Origin: Octopus sinensis
Taxonomy: Eukaryota
Direction: 5' to 3'
DNA length: 64,000 nt
Assembly: GCF_006345805.1 (NCBI RefSeq)
Contig: NC_043007.1
Coordinates: forward strand, 12,710,001 to 12,774,000
Shown one piece after another: positions 63,686 through 64,000 of the stretch. The first letter of the stretch is position 1, and every line of letters starts with the position of its first letter. The notes beneath the pieces are model-generated. The model was not told the origin of the DNA and made no database searches. It was given only the letters and a program-made list of their open reading frames with translations. Both the position numbers and the translations under genes were made by a program.

Positions 63686-64000
63686 ATATGTGTTGAAATA
63701 AATGACAAAAAAAAAAAAAAAATTCTCATCCAAAGAACAAATTGTTCCTTCTGCAATAATTGCAGAGAATGCATCTTTGTCTGTTTATCAAGGAAATCCC
63801 AAATTTCTCTTGGACAGATTCTGAAATTTTATATGTACAACAATGAATTTGTTGATCTTTGAAAAGTTAGGATTAAAACCTACCAGGATGGAAGTGTTGT
63901 ATACGTAGCTATTTTTGACAATTGTTCTAATAATTAATTTGATATTTCTATCAAAACTTTTGTGCAAAACTAACAATTTAAATATTTGTTATACCATGTA

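Noticed and set aside
63700-63920. Possible minus-strand spliced frame HFHPESVQEKFG...CILCNYCRRNNLFFG*
   Set aside because: It needs a ~60-nt intron and a weak upstream acceptor, an in-frame TAG lies just upstream, and I recognise no protein. It is at the window edge and cannot be supported.

Overview
AT-rich eukaryotic genomic DNA, most likely from an octopus-type cephalopod. This is inferred from the dominant tRNA-derived SINE families and the TA/TG/AAT/ATG microsatellites; I could not confirm it without a search. Almost the whole window is the 3' half of one + strand gene, a PACSIN/syndapin orthologue. I found no F-BAR exons, so they are probably upstream of the window. Reading splice sites by hand gives eight exons: a 23-nt candidate microexon (17123-17145) that looks mutually exclusive with the post-F-BAR exon (27758-27906); three frame-symmetric phase-2 cassette exons that each carry one NPF motif (31384-31554, 38589-38819, 48883-48990); an 868-nt exon encoding 18 GM(G/R)P(P/A) repeats that ends in a stop (49517-50384); and two SH3 exons (56296-56579, 59806-59912). 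This modular, freely combinable linker with SH3-less exits is the most interesting feature. The introns are packed with SINEs, mariner, piggyBac-like and hAT-like MITEs, RTE LINE fragments, five self-inverted fold-back elements, two pre-miRNA-sized hairpins and a probable polyadenylated retrocopy. There are no prokaryotic features, CRISPR arrays, rRNA genes or intact tRNA genes. Most ORFs in the supplied track are microsatellite, SINE or antisense artefacts. Exon boundaries are exact; repeat boundaries are approximate.
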